Below are positions 27,560 through 38,539 of a DNA stretch of 64,000 nt, piece by piece. A model generated the notes under the pieces. It saw nothing but the letters and a program-made list of their open reading frames with translations. It searched no databases and was not told the DNA's origin. The stretch lies in contig CAVPBK010000006.1 in assembly GCA_963701855.1 (NCBI GenBank), positions 1,344,001 through 1,408,000 of the forward strand. The letters are read 5' to 3'. Positions within the stretch are counted from its first letter, which is position 1. Each line of letters starts with the position of its first letter. Source of the stretch: Nitrospirota bacterium (GTDB lineage: Bacteria > Nitrospirota > Nitrospiria > Nitrospirales > Nitrospiraceae). Position numbers and translations under genes: made by a program.

Positions 27560-27626
27560 GCCGTATCGGAATCGATTAACGGGGTATGAGCATACCGCCA
27601 CAGTGGCAATCGACGGAGAGTGAGCT

Positions 27627-28802
27627 ATGAATCGAGAATTGATTTCAGTCATCGATGAACTTGGCCGGCAAAAGGGCATCGACAAGAGCCGGGTGATCGG
27701 AGCGATCGAAGCCGCCCTTCAAATGGCCGCCAAAAAACGTTTCGGCCAGGCTGAGAACATTCAAGTCGAGATCGATTCCAAAACCGGTGAGATCTCCGTC
27801 GTATCGAAGAAAACCATCGTTGATGCGGTCGCCAATCCCAAAACCGAAGTCTCACTTCATGAAGCTCGCCAGTTCGACAGCGAGGCGGAGGTCGGTGACG
27901 AAATCGGGTCGGTTATCGAGATGAGCGATTTGGGACGGATCGCTGCGCAAACTGCCAAGCAAGTCATCTTTCAGAAGGTTCGGGAGGCCGAATGGGAGGC
28001 GGTTCAAAAAGAATACTCCACGCGGCAAGGAGATCTGGTCAACGGCATTATTCTTGGGGTTGAGCGCCGAAACTATCTGGTGGATCTGGGCAAGACGGAG
28101 GCGGTCCTGCCGATTCAGGAGCAGATTCCGCGAGAGACCTATCGTTGCGGTGATCGGGTGAAGGCCATGCTTTTAGAAGTGCGCCGGACTCCGAAAGATG
28201 TCCAGGTCATCTTGACGCGGAGCCATCCCCAGTTTGTGTCGAAGCTCTTCGAGTTGGAAGTGCCCGAGGTGCTCGAAAAAATCGTGGAAATCAAGTCCAT
28301 CGTGCGGGAACCCGGTGATCGGACCAAGATTGCCGTGACGTCTCGCGAGAAAGCAGTCGATCCGGTCGGAGCCTGTGTGGGAATCAAGGGATCGCGGGTT
28401 CAAGCGGTGGTCCGTGAACTGCGCGGAGAAAAAATCGATATCATTACCTGGACCTCAGACCCGCGTGTCTTTATCGCCGAGGCCTTGAACCCTGCGAGCA
28501 TTGAAAAGGTCGGTGTCGATGAGGAAAAGAAATCCGCTTTGGTCGTTGTGGCAGATTCCCAGCTGTCGTTAGCGATCGGGAAGAATGGCCAGAATGTGCG
28601 GCTGGCGGCTCGCTTGACAGGCTGGAAGATCGATATCATCAGCGCGACTGAATACGAAAAGGAAAAGGCCGAACGGGATAAAGAAATCAAAGCGGCGTTG
28701 GCGGAGGAAACAGAAGCGCTGCATCAGCAAGAAGAAGCCAGAGAGCAGGAATTAAAAGCCCGGGCAGAGTCGGAACCGGATAAGCCGGATACAGAGGAAT
28801 AG
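27627..28802 (+). CDS. nusA: Transcription factor NusA
   Basis: [38 protein letters not shown]. Confidence 0.97.
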   Translation: MNRELISVIDELGRQKGIDKSRVIGAIEAALQMAAKKRFGQAENIQVEIDSKTGEISVVSKKTIVDAVANPKTEVSLHEARQFDSEAEVGDEIGSVIEMSDLGRIAAQTAKQVIFQKVREAEWEAVQKEYSTRQGDLVNGIILGVERRNYLVDLGKTEAVLPIQEQIPRETYRCGDRVKAMLLEVRRTPKDVQVILTRSHPQFVSKLFELEVPEVLEKIVEIKSIVREPGDRTKIAVTSREKAVDPVGACVGIKGSRVQAVVRELRGEKIDIITWTSDPRVFIAEALNPASIEKVGVDEEKKSALVVVADSQLSLAIGKNGQNVRLAARLTGWKIDIISATEYEKEKAERDKEIKAALAEETEALHQQEEAREQELKARAESEPDKPDTEE

Positions 28803-28815
28803 GTGTCGATTTCTC

Positions 28816-31368
28816 ATGCGTGTGTATGTATTGGCTAAGCAACTCGGGATGGAAAACCGTGACCTCATTCCGGAATTGAAGCGGATGGGGATTACCGTCG
28901 CATCGCACAGTAGCGTTTTGGATGACGATGTAGTGCAGAAGGTTCTGGAGAAGCTCGGCCCGAAGCTCAAGGCATCGGGCAGGGATGCCGATGCTGGCCG
29001 GGGTGAACGGAGCAAGGTCGGTCTGACGTCCGATCATGCAGTGGGAGCGAAGGCCGGATCGTCCCATGCAGTTCCGGCGGCCGAGGACTCTCCCAAGTCC
29101 GACAAGCGCCGCATTCTGATCAAGCGCAAGAGAGCCGATGACGCTCCAGTAGAAGAGGCCGCCTCCCTGCCCCCAGTTGAATCGGCAGGCAAAGGTGGAG
29201 TGCTCATCGATACCATCATAGTGAGCCCGACGTCTCCGGCGCATCCGCAAGTTGAGACTCCAGCCGTTGCGCATGTTGACCTGACGGCGACGCCCGATCA
29301 ACCGCATTCCATAGGAGCCACGACTGACCCTGTTCCCATGGCTGCCGTCAAACTTCCTGCTGCACCGAGTGTCGATGTGCCAGGAAAAAAGAAAGCTCCC
29401 TCCATTGAAGAGATGCAAGCCGAGGGTCTGAAAGAGAAGGGAAAGAAAGCTCGTAAGCCGGGCCGTACACGGGAAGAAGAAGAGCTTCGGCTTCGTGAGG
29501 ATGCGGCTCGCTGGCAGGATCTTCGTGCCATTCCGGTGCAGCAGCGCCGTGACGACCGCAGCAAGCACATGCATCACAGTACGCCGGGTGAAGTGACCAA
29601 GCCAAGGAGGAAGAGCTTCAAGCTTGTGCCCGGCATGACGGTGAAGGAGTTTGCGGAGTTGATCGGGCAGCGCCCGGCCGACATCATGCGCAAGCTGATG
29701 GATATGGGCCAGATGCTCACATTCAATCAGACAATGAACGTTGATGCAGCCGTGATCATTGCGGAAGAGAACGGGATCAAGATGGATCTCTCGACGGAGA
29801 AGGTCGGAGAAGAGTTATTAGAATCCGCCGTGCAGACAGAGGAAGATGCCCAGCTTGAGTCACGGCCACCGGTTGTGACGATCATGGGCCATGTTGACCA
29901 CGGCAAGACCTCGCTACTCGATGCCATCAGACAAACCAAGGTTGCGGAAGGCGAGGCCGGAGGGATTACACAGCATATCGGCGCCTACACGGTTGCGGTC
30001 CGTGGGAAGCAGGTGACGTTTCTGGACACGCCGGGACACGAAGCCTTCACCGCCATGCGAGGTCGTGGCGCCAAGATCACCGATATTGTCATCCTGGTCG
30101 TCGCAGCAGACGACGGAGTGATGCCGCAAACGATCGAAGCGATTCATCACGCCAAAGCGGCGTCCGTTCCTATTATTGTGGCCATCAACAAGATCGACAA
30201 GCCCGGCGCCAATTCCGATCGTGTGAAGAACGCGTTGTCTGAGCATGGACTCATATCCGAGTCCTGGGGCGGTGACACGATCATGGTTGAGGTTTCGGCC
30301 AAAGAGAAGATCGGTCTGGACACCTTGCTTGAAATGATTCTTCTGCAATCCGAAGTGCTGGAGCTCAAGGCCGACCCGCATCGGTTGGCGAAGGGCGTTG
30401 TAGTGGAAGCCAAGCTGGAGCGAGGACGTGGCCCAGTAGCGACGGTGCTGGTTCAGAGCGGGACGCTCCGCGTCGGCGATGTGTTCGTCGTCGGGATTTT
30501 CAGCGGGAAAGTTCGCGCGCTGATTACTCATACAGGAGCAAAGGTGCAAGAAGCCGGTCCTTCTATTCCGGTAGAAGTGGCGGGGCTTCCAGGAGTGCCG
30601 TCTGCCGGCGATGTATTTCAGGTCGTCAAAGACGAACGGGTCGCGCGCGAGATTGCTGAAGATCGAGCCCGCAAGCAGCGAACGGCTGATTTGTCCGGGT
30701 CGGCGAAGGTCACGCTGGACGATCTGTTTGCCAAGATCAAGGAAGGATCGGTCAAGGAGCTGGCGCTGGTGATCAAGTCCGATGTTCAGGGGTCGGCTGA
30801 AGCACTGACGGCAGGCGTCGAAAAACTTGCCACCGATGCAGTCAAACTGCGAGTCATCCATAGCGGCGTTGGCGGGATTACTGAATCCGACGTGCTGCTG
30901 GCTGCCGCGTCGAACGCCATTGTTGTCGGGTTCAATGTCAGGCCGGAGCCGAAGGCTGCTGCCCTGGCGGAACAGCAAGGCGTCGACATCCGCCTGTACA
31001 CCATTATTTACGATGCATTGGCTGAAATTAAGGCTGCGATGGAAGGGCTGCTCGAACCGACGCTCAAGGAGCGGACGTTGGGTCGGGCCGAAGTTCGACA
31101 AGTCTTTACGGTGTCCAAAGCCGGCGTCATTGCAGGGTCTTATGTGGTAGACGGTACGATCACCCGTGCGGCAGTCGGAGTACGGGTGATTCGAGACAAT
31201 GTGGTGGTCTATGAAGGGAAGCTGGGGTCGTTGCGTCGCTTCAAAGACGACGTCCGTGAAGTGCAGCAGGGCTATGAATGCGGGATCAGTGTCGAAAATT
31301 TTAACGATATCAAGGCTGGGGACATCATCGAAGCCTACGCGATCGATAAGATTGCCGCTAAGCTCTGA
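28816..31368 (+). CDS. infB: Translation initiation factor IF-2
   Basis: [32 protein letters not shown]. Confidence 0.98.
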   Translation: MRVYVLAKQLGMENRDLIPELKRMGITVASHSSVLDDDVVQKVLEKLGPKLKASGRDADAGRGERSKVGLTSDHAVGAKAGSSHAVPAAEDSPKSDKRRILIKRKRADDAPVEEAASLPPVESAGKGGVLIDTIIVSPTSPAHPQVETPAVAHVDLTATPDQPHSIGATTDPVPMAAVKLPAAPSVDVPGKKKAPSIEEMQAEGLKEKGKKARKPGRTREEEELRLREDAARWQDLRAIPVQQRRDDRSKHMHHSTPGEVTKPRRKSFKLVPGMTVKEFAELIGQRPADIMRKLMDMGQMLTFNQTMNVDAAVIIAEENGIKMDLSTEKVGEELLESAVQTEEDAQLESRPPVVTIMGHVDHGKTSLLDAIRQTKVAEGEAGGITQHIGAYTVAVRGKQVTFLDTPGHEAFTAMRGRGAKITDIVILVVAADDGVMPQTIEAIHHAKAASVPIIVAINKIDKPGANSDRVKNALSEHGLISESWGGDTIMVEVSAKEKIGLDTLLEMILLQSEVLELKADPHRLAKGVVVEAKLERGRGPVATVLVQSGTLRVGDVFVVGIFSGKVRALITHTGAKVQEAGPSIPVEVAGLPGVPSAGDVFQVVKDERVAREIAEDRARKQRTADLSGSAKVTLDDLFAKIKEGSVKELALVIKSDVQGSAEALTAGVEKLATDAVKLRVIHSGVGGITESDVLLAAASNAIVVGFNVRPEPKAAALAEQQGVDIRLYTIIYDALAEIKAAMEGLLEPTLKERTLGRAEVRQVFTVSKAGVIAGSYVVDGTITRAAVGVRVIRDNVVVYEGKLGSLRRFKDDVREVQQGYECGISVENFNDIKAGDIIEAYAIDKIAAKL

Positions 31369-31383
31369 ACGTGAGTTTGTCCT

Positions 31384-31671
31384 GTGGGCATCATCGTCGG
31401 GCTCTGCACAGTCGAGCTGTTCATCCCAGAGAGTCAGTCGTTAAAGGACAAGCGGCAGGTGCTGTTGAGTCTTAAAGATCGACTGCGGGAAAAGTTCAAT
31501 CTCTCCGTAGCCGAGGTCGATGGGCAGGATCTGTGGCAGAAGGCTGTATTGGGGCTTGCCTGCGTGGCTAACGAAGGACGGTTCGTCAATCAAGTGTGCG
31601 ACCAGGCACTGAATTTGATTCGGAGCGTCCCAGCGGTGGAAGTCGTCCAGTCCCGAATAGAACTGTTGTGA
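31384..31671 (+). CDS. DUF503 (YlxP-like) protein
   Basis: SLKDKR...FNLSVAEV..QD.WQ; position between infB and rbfA. Confidence 0.9.
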   Translation: MGIIVGLCTVELFIPESQSLKDKRQVLLSLKDRLREKFNLSVAEVDGQDLWQKAVLGLACVANEGRFVNQVCDQALNLIRSVPAVEVVQSRIELL

Positions 31672-31686
31672 CGGCGGCATATCTGG

Positions 31687-32094
31687 ATGGAGCGCGCGGT
31701 GGCCAAGACAGGATATCATCGGGCCGATCGTGTGGCCGATCAAATCCGTATGGAAGTGGCGGATATCCTCATGCGGAAGATCAAAGACCCGCGTGTGCAG
31801 TCTGTGACTGTGACCGACGTGAAATTGACCAGCGATCTGCGGATTGCACGCGTGTTCGTGACGGCTATGGGTACGGAAGAAGAAGAGCGACACGTATTCG
31901 CCGGGCTGGCTCAAGCCAGCGGGTTTGTGCGAGGTGAGTTGGGCCGTCGGCTCTCACTCCGGTATCTACCCGAGATCGTTTTTGCCAAGGATGTCAGTGG
32001 GCCGAGAGGTGATCGTGTGCTGAAGTTATTGGACGATCTCCACGTCAACACGGAGGCCGAGGGCGGGTCGTCCGAAGAGCAGTCGAGTTTGTAG
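31687..32094 (+). CDS. rbfA: Ribosome-binding factor A
   Basis: RADRVADQI, IKDPR, DLRIARVF, LRYLPEI.F..D.S. Confidence 0.95.
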   Translation: MERAVAKTGYHRADRVADQIRMEVADILMRKIKDPRVQSVTVTDVKLTSDLRIARVFVTAMGTEEEERHVFAGLAQASGFVRGELGRRLSLRYLPEIVFAKDVSGPRGDRVLKLLDDLHVNTEAEGGSSEEQSSL

Positions 32095-32107
32095 CATCGG
32101 GGACATA

Positions 32108-33064
32108 ATGATGGGTCTCGCACAGAGTTGCGCCGTCGTCGACGGCGTGCTGATAATGAAGAAAGAGTCCGGGTGGACCTCCCATGACGTCGTGGCGAAG
32201 ATTCGGCATCTTCTCGGAGGAGTCAAGGTCGGTCATGCCGGCACACTCGATCCTGCCGCAACAGGAGTCTTGCCCGTGCTGATTGGGCGGGGAACCCGCA
32301 TTGCGGAATATCTTGTTGAGTGGGATAAAGAATATCGTGCCGTGCTTCGCCTCGGAGAAACGACAGATACGCAGGATGCGACGGGAACGGTCCTGGCGCG
32401 CCACACAACGGACTCTGTGACGCCGGAGACGATTCATGAGGTGGTCGGTCGATTTCACGGGCCGATTGAGCAAGTTCCTCCGATGTATTCGGCGGTGAAA
32501 GTCGGGGGTGTTCCGCTATATAAGTCCGCTCGGGCGGGCAAAACGATTGCCCGGGACGCGCGAAAGATCGTTATCCATGCCCTTGAGGTGGAGGCGATTC
32601 AGGAGCGGGATGTAACGTTACGCATCGTCTGCTCGAAGGGGACCTATGTGCGGACGCTTTGTGCCGACATTGGAGAAGCGTTGGGTGTCGGCGGACACAT
32701 GTTGGCGTTGGAGCGCAGGCGGGTGGGCCCCTTGACGATCGATCAAGCGCTGACGGTCGATGAGGTGGTCACCCGTCATGCCCTCGGTCGGTTGGGAGAT
32801 GATCTGTTGTCACTTGATCGTGCGTTGGACGAACTGGGGATTGTGGTGGTGGATGAACTAACCGCCGGCCGCGTGCGACATGGGGCTCCGGTGCCTGCGG
32901 ACAAGATTCTTCGTTGGGAGGGGGCAGCCAATGTCGAACGCAGGTCACACCGGCCGGTTCGTATCCACGATACCGGCGGATGTCTGGTGGCGATCGGGAA
33001 ATATCCGGACAATTCTGGAGATGCACTCAAGGTTGAGAAGGTGTTGATCGATCAGGACGTATGA
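32108..33064 (+). CDS. truB: tRNA pseudouridine(55) synthase
   Basis: KVGHAGTLDP.ATGVL, PPMYSAVK, CSKGTYVRTL. Confidence 0.96.
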   Translation: MMGLAQSCAVVDGVLIMKKESGWTSHDVVAKIRHLLGGVKVGHAGTLDPAATGVLPVLIGRGTRIAEYLVEWDKEYRAVLRLGETTDTQDATGTVLARHTTDSVTPETIHEVVGRFHGPIEQVPPMYSAVKVGGVPLYKSARAGKTIARDARKIVIHALEVEAIQERDVTLRIVCSKGTYVRTLCADIGEALGVGGHMLALERRRVGPLTIDQALTVDEVVTRHALGRLGDDLLSLDRALDELGIVVVDELTAGRVRHGAPVPADKILRWEGAANVERRSHRPVRIHDTGGCLVAIGKYPDNSGDALKVEKVLIDQDV

Positions 33065-33108
33065 GACTTCGTTGCGGATGAAGGAAAGGAACAGGAAGGA
33101 AGAAGCCC

Positions 33109-33378
33109 ATGGCATTACTCAAGGAAGCAAAGACCGAGTTGATCAAGCAGTACCGGCAGCATGAGACGGATTCCGGCTCGCCGGAAGTCCAGATCGCGGT
33201 GCTGACTAACCGAATCACGTATTTGACAGAACATTTCAAGCTCCACAAGAAAGATCATCACTCTCGGCGCGGCCTGCTTCTTTTGGTCGGGCGTCGGCGG
33301 CGTTTGCTCGACTATCTTCGTGGCGTCAGCGATGCACGCTATCGTGCCGTGATCGAACGATTGGGCATCAGAAAGTAG
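33109..33378 (+). CDS. rpsO: 30S ribosomal protein S15
   Basis: [12 protein letters not shown]...[11 protein letters not shown]. Confidence 0.98.
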   Translation: MALLKEAKTELIKQYRQHETDSGSPEVQIAVLTNRITYLTEHFKLHKKDHHSRRGLLLLVGRRRRLLDYLRGVSDARYRAVIERLGIRK

Positions 33379-33388
33379 CATCCCATCT

Positions 33389-33498
33389 CGCTGTTGCGCC
33401 AGGGTGCACAACAGCGGGTAGTAGTCAGTCGCACAGGTGAACACTGACAGAGGCTGGAGTGCGCCAATCGCTCGAGTCTCTCTCTGTGGACATCTGTG
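33389..33498 (+). promoter_or_regulatory. Structured rpsO-pnp intergenic leader
   Basis: Hairpin CGCTGTTG...CAACAGCG (33389-33416), then a long imperfect stem CACAGGTG...CATCTGTG (33432-33498). Confidence 0.5.
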
Positions 33499-33521
33499 GG
33501 GCCTAACCAGAGGAGACTCAG

Positions 33522-35639
33522 ATGGTACACACAGTTGAAATAGAGGTTGCCGGGCGCATTCTGCGGCTCGAGACCGGTCGTGTAGCACGACAAGCAGACG
33601 GTTCGATTTGGGCTTCATACGGCGACACCGTCGTGCTGGCGACGGCCGTCGCGTCACAGGTTGCCAAGGCGGGCATCGATTTTCTTCCCCTCACGGTCGA
33701 TTATCAGGAAAAATCCTTCGCCGCCGGGAAGATTCCCGGCGGGTATTTCAAGCGGGAAGCGCGTCCATCGGAAAAAGCTGTGCTGACCAGCCGTCAGATC
33801 GACCGGGGGCTTCGTCCTCTCTTCCCTGAGGGCTACTACTTCGAGACACAGGTCATTGCCTCAGTCCTCTCGGCCGATCAGACCGGCTCGTCCGACATAC
33901 TCGCCATTATCGCCTCCTCTGCTGCCCTGACTATCTCGAACATTCCGTTCGACAATCCCATTGCGGGCGTAAGAATCGGCCGGCTGGACGGCAAGCTCGT
34001 CGTCAACCCGGACCTTGAGACGGTGGCGAAGAGCGAACTGCACCTTGTTGTGGCGGGGACGGCTGATGCGGTCATGATGGTCGAAGCGGGCGCGAACGAA
34101 CTGTCCGAAGCCATCATGCTCGAGGCGATCGAGCTCGCCCATGCCGAGATCAAGAAGATTGTGGCCAAGATTCGTGAGTTGCAAGCCGTCGCCGGCAAGC
34201 CCAAGCGAAAAGTGGCGAAAGAGCAGATCGACTCAACGCTCGCCGCTCAAGTGAAGGCCTTGGTGGCGCAAGGGATCCGTGATGCCATCATGATTCCGAA
34301 CAAAGCGGCCAGGCAGGAGCGGTTGGATGAGGTCAAGGATGGTGCCGTTCAAAAACTCAAGAGCGCGGACGATCCGAATCGGGAGCGGCACGTCAAGTTG
34401 GTGTTCCATGAGTTGGAATATACGGAAGTTCGGAACATGATCCTGGAGAAAGGGTCGCGGGCGGATGGACGCGGCCCGGCTGATATTCGTTCGATCACCT
34501 GCCAAGTCAGCGCATTACCACGGACACACGGCTCCGCGATTTTTACCAGGGGCGAGACCCAAAGTTTGGCTGTGGTCACGTTGGGGACCACGGACGACGA
34601 ACAGCGGATCGATGCGTTGGAAGGGGAGTACATGAGGACGTTCATGCTCCATTACAATTTTCCGCCGTTCAGCGTCGGCGAGGCGCGGCCGCTTCGCTCA
34701 CCGGGACGCCGGGAAGTCGGCCATGGCGCATTGGCCGAACGGGCGTTGGCCCCGGTGGTACCCAGCAAGGAAGTTTTCCCCTACACGCTCCGCATCGTGT
34801 CCGACATCCTTGAATCCAACGGATCCTCTTCGATGGCGACTGTGTGTGGTGGAAGCCTTGCCATGATGGACGCCGGCGTGCCGATCAGAGAAGCCGTGGC
34901 CGGAATCGCAATGGGATTAATCAAGGAAGGCGATCGGGTTATGATCCTTTCCGATATTCTTGGGCTGGAGGATCACCTGGGTGACATGGACTTTAAGGTC
35001 TGTGGCACCAAACAGGGCGTGACCGCGTTACAGATGGATATCAAGATCGGCGGCATCACGTCGGCCTTGATGCAGAAGGCCTTGGAACAAGCCAAGGCCG
35101 GCCGTTTGCACATTTTGAGTTGTATGGAGAAGGCGCTCCAAGCGCCAAGGACCACGCTGTCTGCTTACGCGCCACGGATCTTCACGATGAAGGTCAAGCA
35201 GGACAAGATCCGCGAGATCATCGGTCCGGGCGGGAAAACGATCCGCGGCATCATTGCGGATTGTGGAGTCAAGATCAATGTCGACGACAGCGGAACCGTG
35301 ACGATCGCGTCGGTCGACGGAGCCTCGGCCGAGAAGGCCAAAGAGATGATCAGTCGGATTACCGAAGAGGTTGAGATCGGGAAGATCTACATGGGCACGG
35401 TTCGGAAAATCATGGACTTTGGGGCATTTGTCGAGGTTCTTCCGGGAACCGACGGACTGGTGCATATCTCGCAGCTGGCGCATCATCGAGTTCAAGCGGT
35501 GTCTGACGAGGTGAAGGAAGGCGATCAAATTCTGGTGAAGGTCTTGGAGGTGGATCGACAAGGAAAAATCCGTCTCAGTCGCAAGGAAGCCATGCCGGCT
35601 CCGATCGGGGGCGGTTCTCCGGATCCGTCCGCCAGGTAG
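33522..35639 (+). CDS. pnp: Polyribonucleotide nucleotidyltransferase
   Basis: DFLPLTVDY, FTRGETQ, ESNGSSSMA, GDMDFKV; KH and S1 domains. Confidence 0.98.
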   Translation: MVHTVEIEVAGRILRLETGRVARQADGSIWASYGDTVVLATAVASQVAKAGIDFLPLTVDYQEKSFAAGKIPGGYFKREARPSEKAVLTSRQIDRGLRPLFPEGYYFETQVIASVLSADQTGSSDILAIIASSAALTISNIPFDNPIAGVRIGRLDGKLVVNPDLETVAKSELHLVVAGTADAVMMVEAGANELSEAIMLEAIELAHAEIKKIVAKIRELQAVAGKPKRKVAKEQIDSTLAAQVKALVAQGIRDAIMIPNKAARQERLDEVKDGAVQKLKSADDPNRERHVKLVFHELEYTEVRNMILEKGSRADGRGPADIRSITCQVSALPRTHGSAIFTRGETQSLAVVTLGTTDDEQRIDALEGEYMRTFMLHYNFPPFSVGEARPLRSPGRREVGHGALAERALAPVVPSKEVFPYTLRIVSDILESNGSSSMATVCGGSLAMMDAGVPIREAVAGIAMGLIKEGDRVMILSDILGLEDHLGDMDFKVCGTKQGVTALQMDIKIGGITSALMQKALEQAKAGRLHILSCMEKALQAPRTTLSAYAPRIFTMKVKQDKIREIIGPGGKTIRGIIADCGVKINVDDSGTVTIASVDGASAEKAKEMISRITEEVEIGKIYMGTVRKIMDFGAFVEVLPGTDGLVHISQLAHHRVQAVSDEVKEGDQILVKVLEVDRQGKIRLSRKEAMPAPIGGGSPDPSAR

Positions 35640-35644
35640 CTGTC

Positions 35645-36898
35645 TTGTATCGCAAGCTCGTCCTGGACAACGGGGTGCGGGTGGTGACCGAACGGATGCC
35701 GACGCTCAAGTCGGTTACCGTGGGCGTGTGGGTCAACACCGGGTCACGGGACGAGCAGCCTTCCCAGGCAGGGTATTCTCACTTCATCGAGCACATGCTC
35801 TTCAAGGGAACGCGCAAGCGTTCTTCCGCCGAAATCTCTCGCGAAATCGATGTGCTTGGCGGAGAAATGAATGCGTTCACCTCGCGTGAGACGACGACCT
35901 ATTACGTGAAGGTGTTGGATCAGCAACTGGAGCGAGCGCTCGAACTCCTTTCGGATCTGTTCCATCATTCCTGTTTCGCACCCAAAGAAATCCAAAAAGA
36001 AAAACAGGTTGTCCTGGAAGAAATTCGCATGGTCCAGGATGATCCGGAAGATCTCGTGCAAGAGCTTCACATGGGCCAAGTGCTGGGGCGTCATCCGCTT
36101 GGTCGCTCTATTCTAGGCCGAGAGAAGACGATCAGAGGGCTGCGCCGCCAGGATCTGCTGAACTATATAGAAACGCACTACAATCCGGGGCAAACCGTGG
36201 TTTCAATTGCCGGGAACTTTGAGCAGGCCAAGCTTGATCCAATGGTCGCGCGGTATTTTGGCAAGGGCCGAGCCACAAAGTCGATCCACGACAACGGGCG
36301 TCGCGTTCCTGACGTGCATGGCGGTGTCTTGCTGAAGAAGAAACGGTTGGAACAGGTGCATCTCTGTCTCGGGCTCAAAGGCGTGGCGGCCAGCCATCAT
36401 GATCGGTATGCGTTGTATGCGCTCAACAGCGTGTTGGGCGGCAGTGTAAGTTCGAGATTGTTCCAGGAGGTTCGAGAGAAGCGGGGTCTCGTCTATTCGA
36501 TCTATTCCTTCTTGTCCGGTTATTCGGACGGCGGCATGATCACGGTGTACGCGGCGACGAGGCCGAAAGAGGTGGATCGCGTCGTGGATCTTGTCTGCAG
36601 AGAGATCCGGAAGATCGGCATCAAAGGCGTTGAGCAGAAAGAACTTGAGAGGGCAAAAACCCAAATGAAGGGCAGCTTAATGCTGAGCCTGGAGAGTTCG
36701 CACAGCCGTATGAGCAAATTGGCGAAGGACGAGCTCACATACGGACGGCATACGTCGCTGGACGATATGCTGGTTCATATCGATCGTGTGAATGTGGAGC
36801 AGGTTTTCAATGTGGGCCGCCAATTTTTCGTGTTGGACTCCCTCGCGATCACAGGGCTCGGACCTCTCGCCCCACGCAGTCTTCAGGCTTATAGATAA
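35645..36898 (+). CDS. M16 (pitrilysin) family zinc peptidase
   Basis: HFIEHMLFKGT inverted zinc motif, SSRLFQEVRE; usual position after pnp. Confidence 0.92.
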   Translation: MYRKLVLDNGVRVVTERMPTLKSVTVGVWVNTGSRDEQPSQAGYSHFIEHMLFKGTRKRSSAEISREIDVLGGEMNAFTSRETTTYYVKVLDQQLERALELLSDLFHHSCFAPKEIQKEKQVVLEEIRMVQDDPEDLVQELHMGQVLGRHPLGRSILGREKTIRGLRRQDLLNYIETHYNPGQTVVSIAGNFEQAKLDPMVARYFGKGRATKSIHDNGRRVPDVHGGVLLKKKRLEQVHLCLGLKGVAASHHDRYALYALNSVLGGSVSSRLFQEVREKRGLVYSIYSFLSGYSDGGMITVYAATRPKEVDRVVDLVCREIRKIGIKGVEQKELERAKTQMKGSLMLSLESSHSRMSKLAKDELTYGRHTSLDDMLVHIDRVNVEQVFNVGRQFFVLDSLAITGLGPLAPRSLQAYR

Positions 36899-37028
36899 GA
36901 GCTTTTGTGAAAGTTTATCAAACGCTGAAAAGTGGATTAAGAAAAAATCGAAGCATCTATCCATAATACATTGATTATTTAATGCATTTCATATCATATT
37001 CGAAACTGTCCACAGGGCAAAGAAATTC

Positions 37029-37057
37029 TTGACACGGTTTCATGGTTTCAGTACCAT
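37029..37057 (+). promoter_or_regulatory. sigma70 promoter with overlapping inverted repeats
   Basis: TTGACA-17 nt-TACCAT, downstream of an AT-rich tract. Confidence 0.65.
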
Positions 37058-37242
37058 GAGAAAAATTTTTCATGCGATTCTTGATCGAAGGGACGGAGTA
37101 CGAAGAAATACAAATAGATGTGGCCAAAGTAGCATCACTCATGGCTGCATGATCCCTAAGACTGTTTTATAGCGTTCATCGTCCTTAGAAGTAAGTATCA
37201 TCGGGTATTGTGGTTGCTATTTTTATGAAGGAGGGACTAGGT

Positions 37243-37764
37243 ATGCCAAAGGTCATACTTATCGCCGCCGTGGCAGTGTTTTCTATGCTCGGTTTACTGA
37301 CGGCCCAGTTAGCCGTTGCTGAAGCCCCACCGCCGCCTTCGACTTTGACGGGGCCCACTGACAACATCGTCGGTGGAAAGCCTATGAAGGGAGAAGTCAC
37401 CAAGACTCTCAAAGGTCGGGTATGGTCACAGTGGGCCGATAATCCGGATGGAGAGTTGCTTTTTGGCATTCAATATTGGAACGCTGGGGAGCCTGGTTCA
37501 GGAACTCCAAATGGTCGTTCGTCTTCCGATCTCGACGTGAAGCCTCCGGATCCATTGTTCAGCTGCTGTGGCTGGGGCTTTGTCGGTGGAACGGATAAGA
37601 ACAACCCTTATTCAGGGTGGTACCATGCCGCCACGACCGTCCGGTTGGCGGTAAAGGACAAGGCTCTTATGGACCAGATCATCAAGGCCTCCCAGGAACT
37701 CATCGCGATGGAAGTGAGTTTGGATGGTCGGACGATCACCGGCTTCAAGGTTATTAAGGAATAG
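37243..37764 (+). CDS. Exported hypothetical protein
   Basis: AAGGAGG RBS, signal peptide (AVA|EA), 173 aa. Confidence 0.8.
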   Translation: MPKVILIAAVAVFSMLGLLTAQLAVAEAPPPPSTLTGPTDNIVGGKPMKGEVTKTLKGRVWSQWADNPDGELLFGIQYWNAGEPGSGTPNGRSSSDLDVKPPDPLFSCCGWGFVGGTDKNNPYSGWYHAATTVRLAVKDKALMDQIIKASQELIAMEVSLDGRTITGFKVIKE

Positions 37765-37813
37765 ACCTTAATCAGTTTTAACTCTTTCATGTCCTGTTAA
37801 GGAGGACGCGAAC

Positions 37814-38482
37814 ATGAAGTTTCATACGAAAGGCTGGGCTGTGACGGCCGCGGTGGCGCTGGCGGTTTCTGCGGCCTCCACCGCACTGGCGATCGAATCA
37901 TTCCAAGAGCGGTTTGAGTGGGGGGATATGAGCAAGCCGACGACATTGCAGGGTCGCGTGATCGTGCTCGATCCCTACGATGAAGCAGTCTGGATAAACG
38001 TTTCTGTGTTCGGCGGGGCTGCAGAGAGTGGTCTCTTCTGGCAGAAGATCCATCCGGGGAAAAACCTAAAGTTCTACGCAGACAAAGGTGCCTGGGAAGA
38101 ACTCAAGAAGATGGGCCGTCCTCATGCGGGACCAGCTGCCGCGAAGGAAGTGCCACCGTCCAGCACGACTGACCTGATCGAATTTACTGTGACCGAACCG
38201 GAGCAGAATCATCGTGTCATTTCTTCGGTCAAGAAGCTTCCTGAAGTGGCCGGTTCCATGGGGAAGCCTCTGAGCATCTCAGGTCTGCGATTGAAGGAGT
38301 GCGCGGGGAAGAGCGAAATTGAGGCTGGCTGCGCAGCAGCAAAGCAAGGACTCAATACTTCACCGAAGTCTCCTGACGGGGCCGCTTTACCTATGCAGTA
38401 TGATGTGTTGCTTCCAGGTGGTAAGCCCGTTGCAGGGCTAATCCCCTGGACCGCGAAGTACAACCTTGGGTCTGGTCACTGA
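37814..38482 (+). CDS. Exported hypothetical protein
   Basis: TAAGGAGG RBS, signal peptide (ALA|IE), 222 aa. Confidence 0.82.
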   Translation: MKFHTKGWAVTAAVALAVSAASTALAIESFQERFEWGDMSKPTTLQGRVIVLDPYDEAVWINVSVFGGAAESGLFWQKIHPGKNLKFYADKGAWEELKKMGRPHAGPAAAKEVPPSSTTDLIEFTVTEPEQNHRVISSVKKLPEVAGSMGKPLSISGLRLKECAGKSEIEAGCAAAKQGLNTSPKSPDGAALPMQYDVLLPGGKPVAGLIPWTAKYNLGSGH

Positions 38483-38505
38483 CCCGAGAAAGTCAATGAC
38501 TTCTG

Positions 38506-38539
38506 AGGCGGCATTTCCGAAAGGGGATGCCGCCTTTTT
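38506..38539 (+). terminator. Rho-independent terminator between convergent genes
   Basis: AGGCGGCATTTCC-GAAA-GGGGATGCCGCCT followed by a T-tract. Confidence 0.85.

Noticed and set aside
29914..31101. Long antisense ORFs (e.g. 395 aa opposite infB, 331 aa opposite HEAT 1, 312 aa opposite polA)
   Set aside because: These are shadow ORFs expected from codon bias in GC-rich genes, with no motifs or RBS.
37243..38482. Exported pair as cytochromes c or AMO/HAO/NXR subunits
   Set aside because: No CxxCH, no transmembrane helices beyond the signal peptides, and no motifs I recognise from those enzymes.
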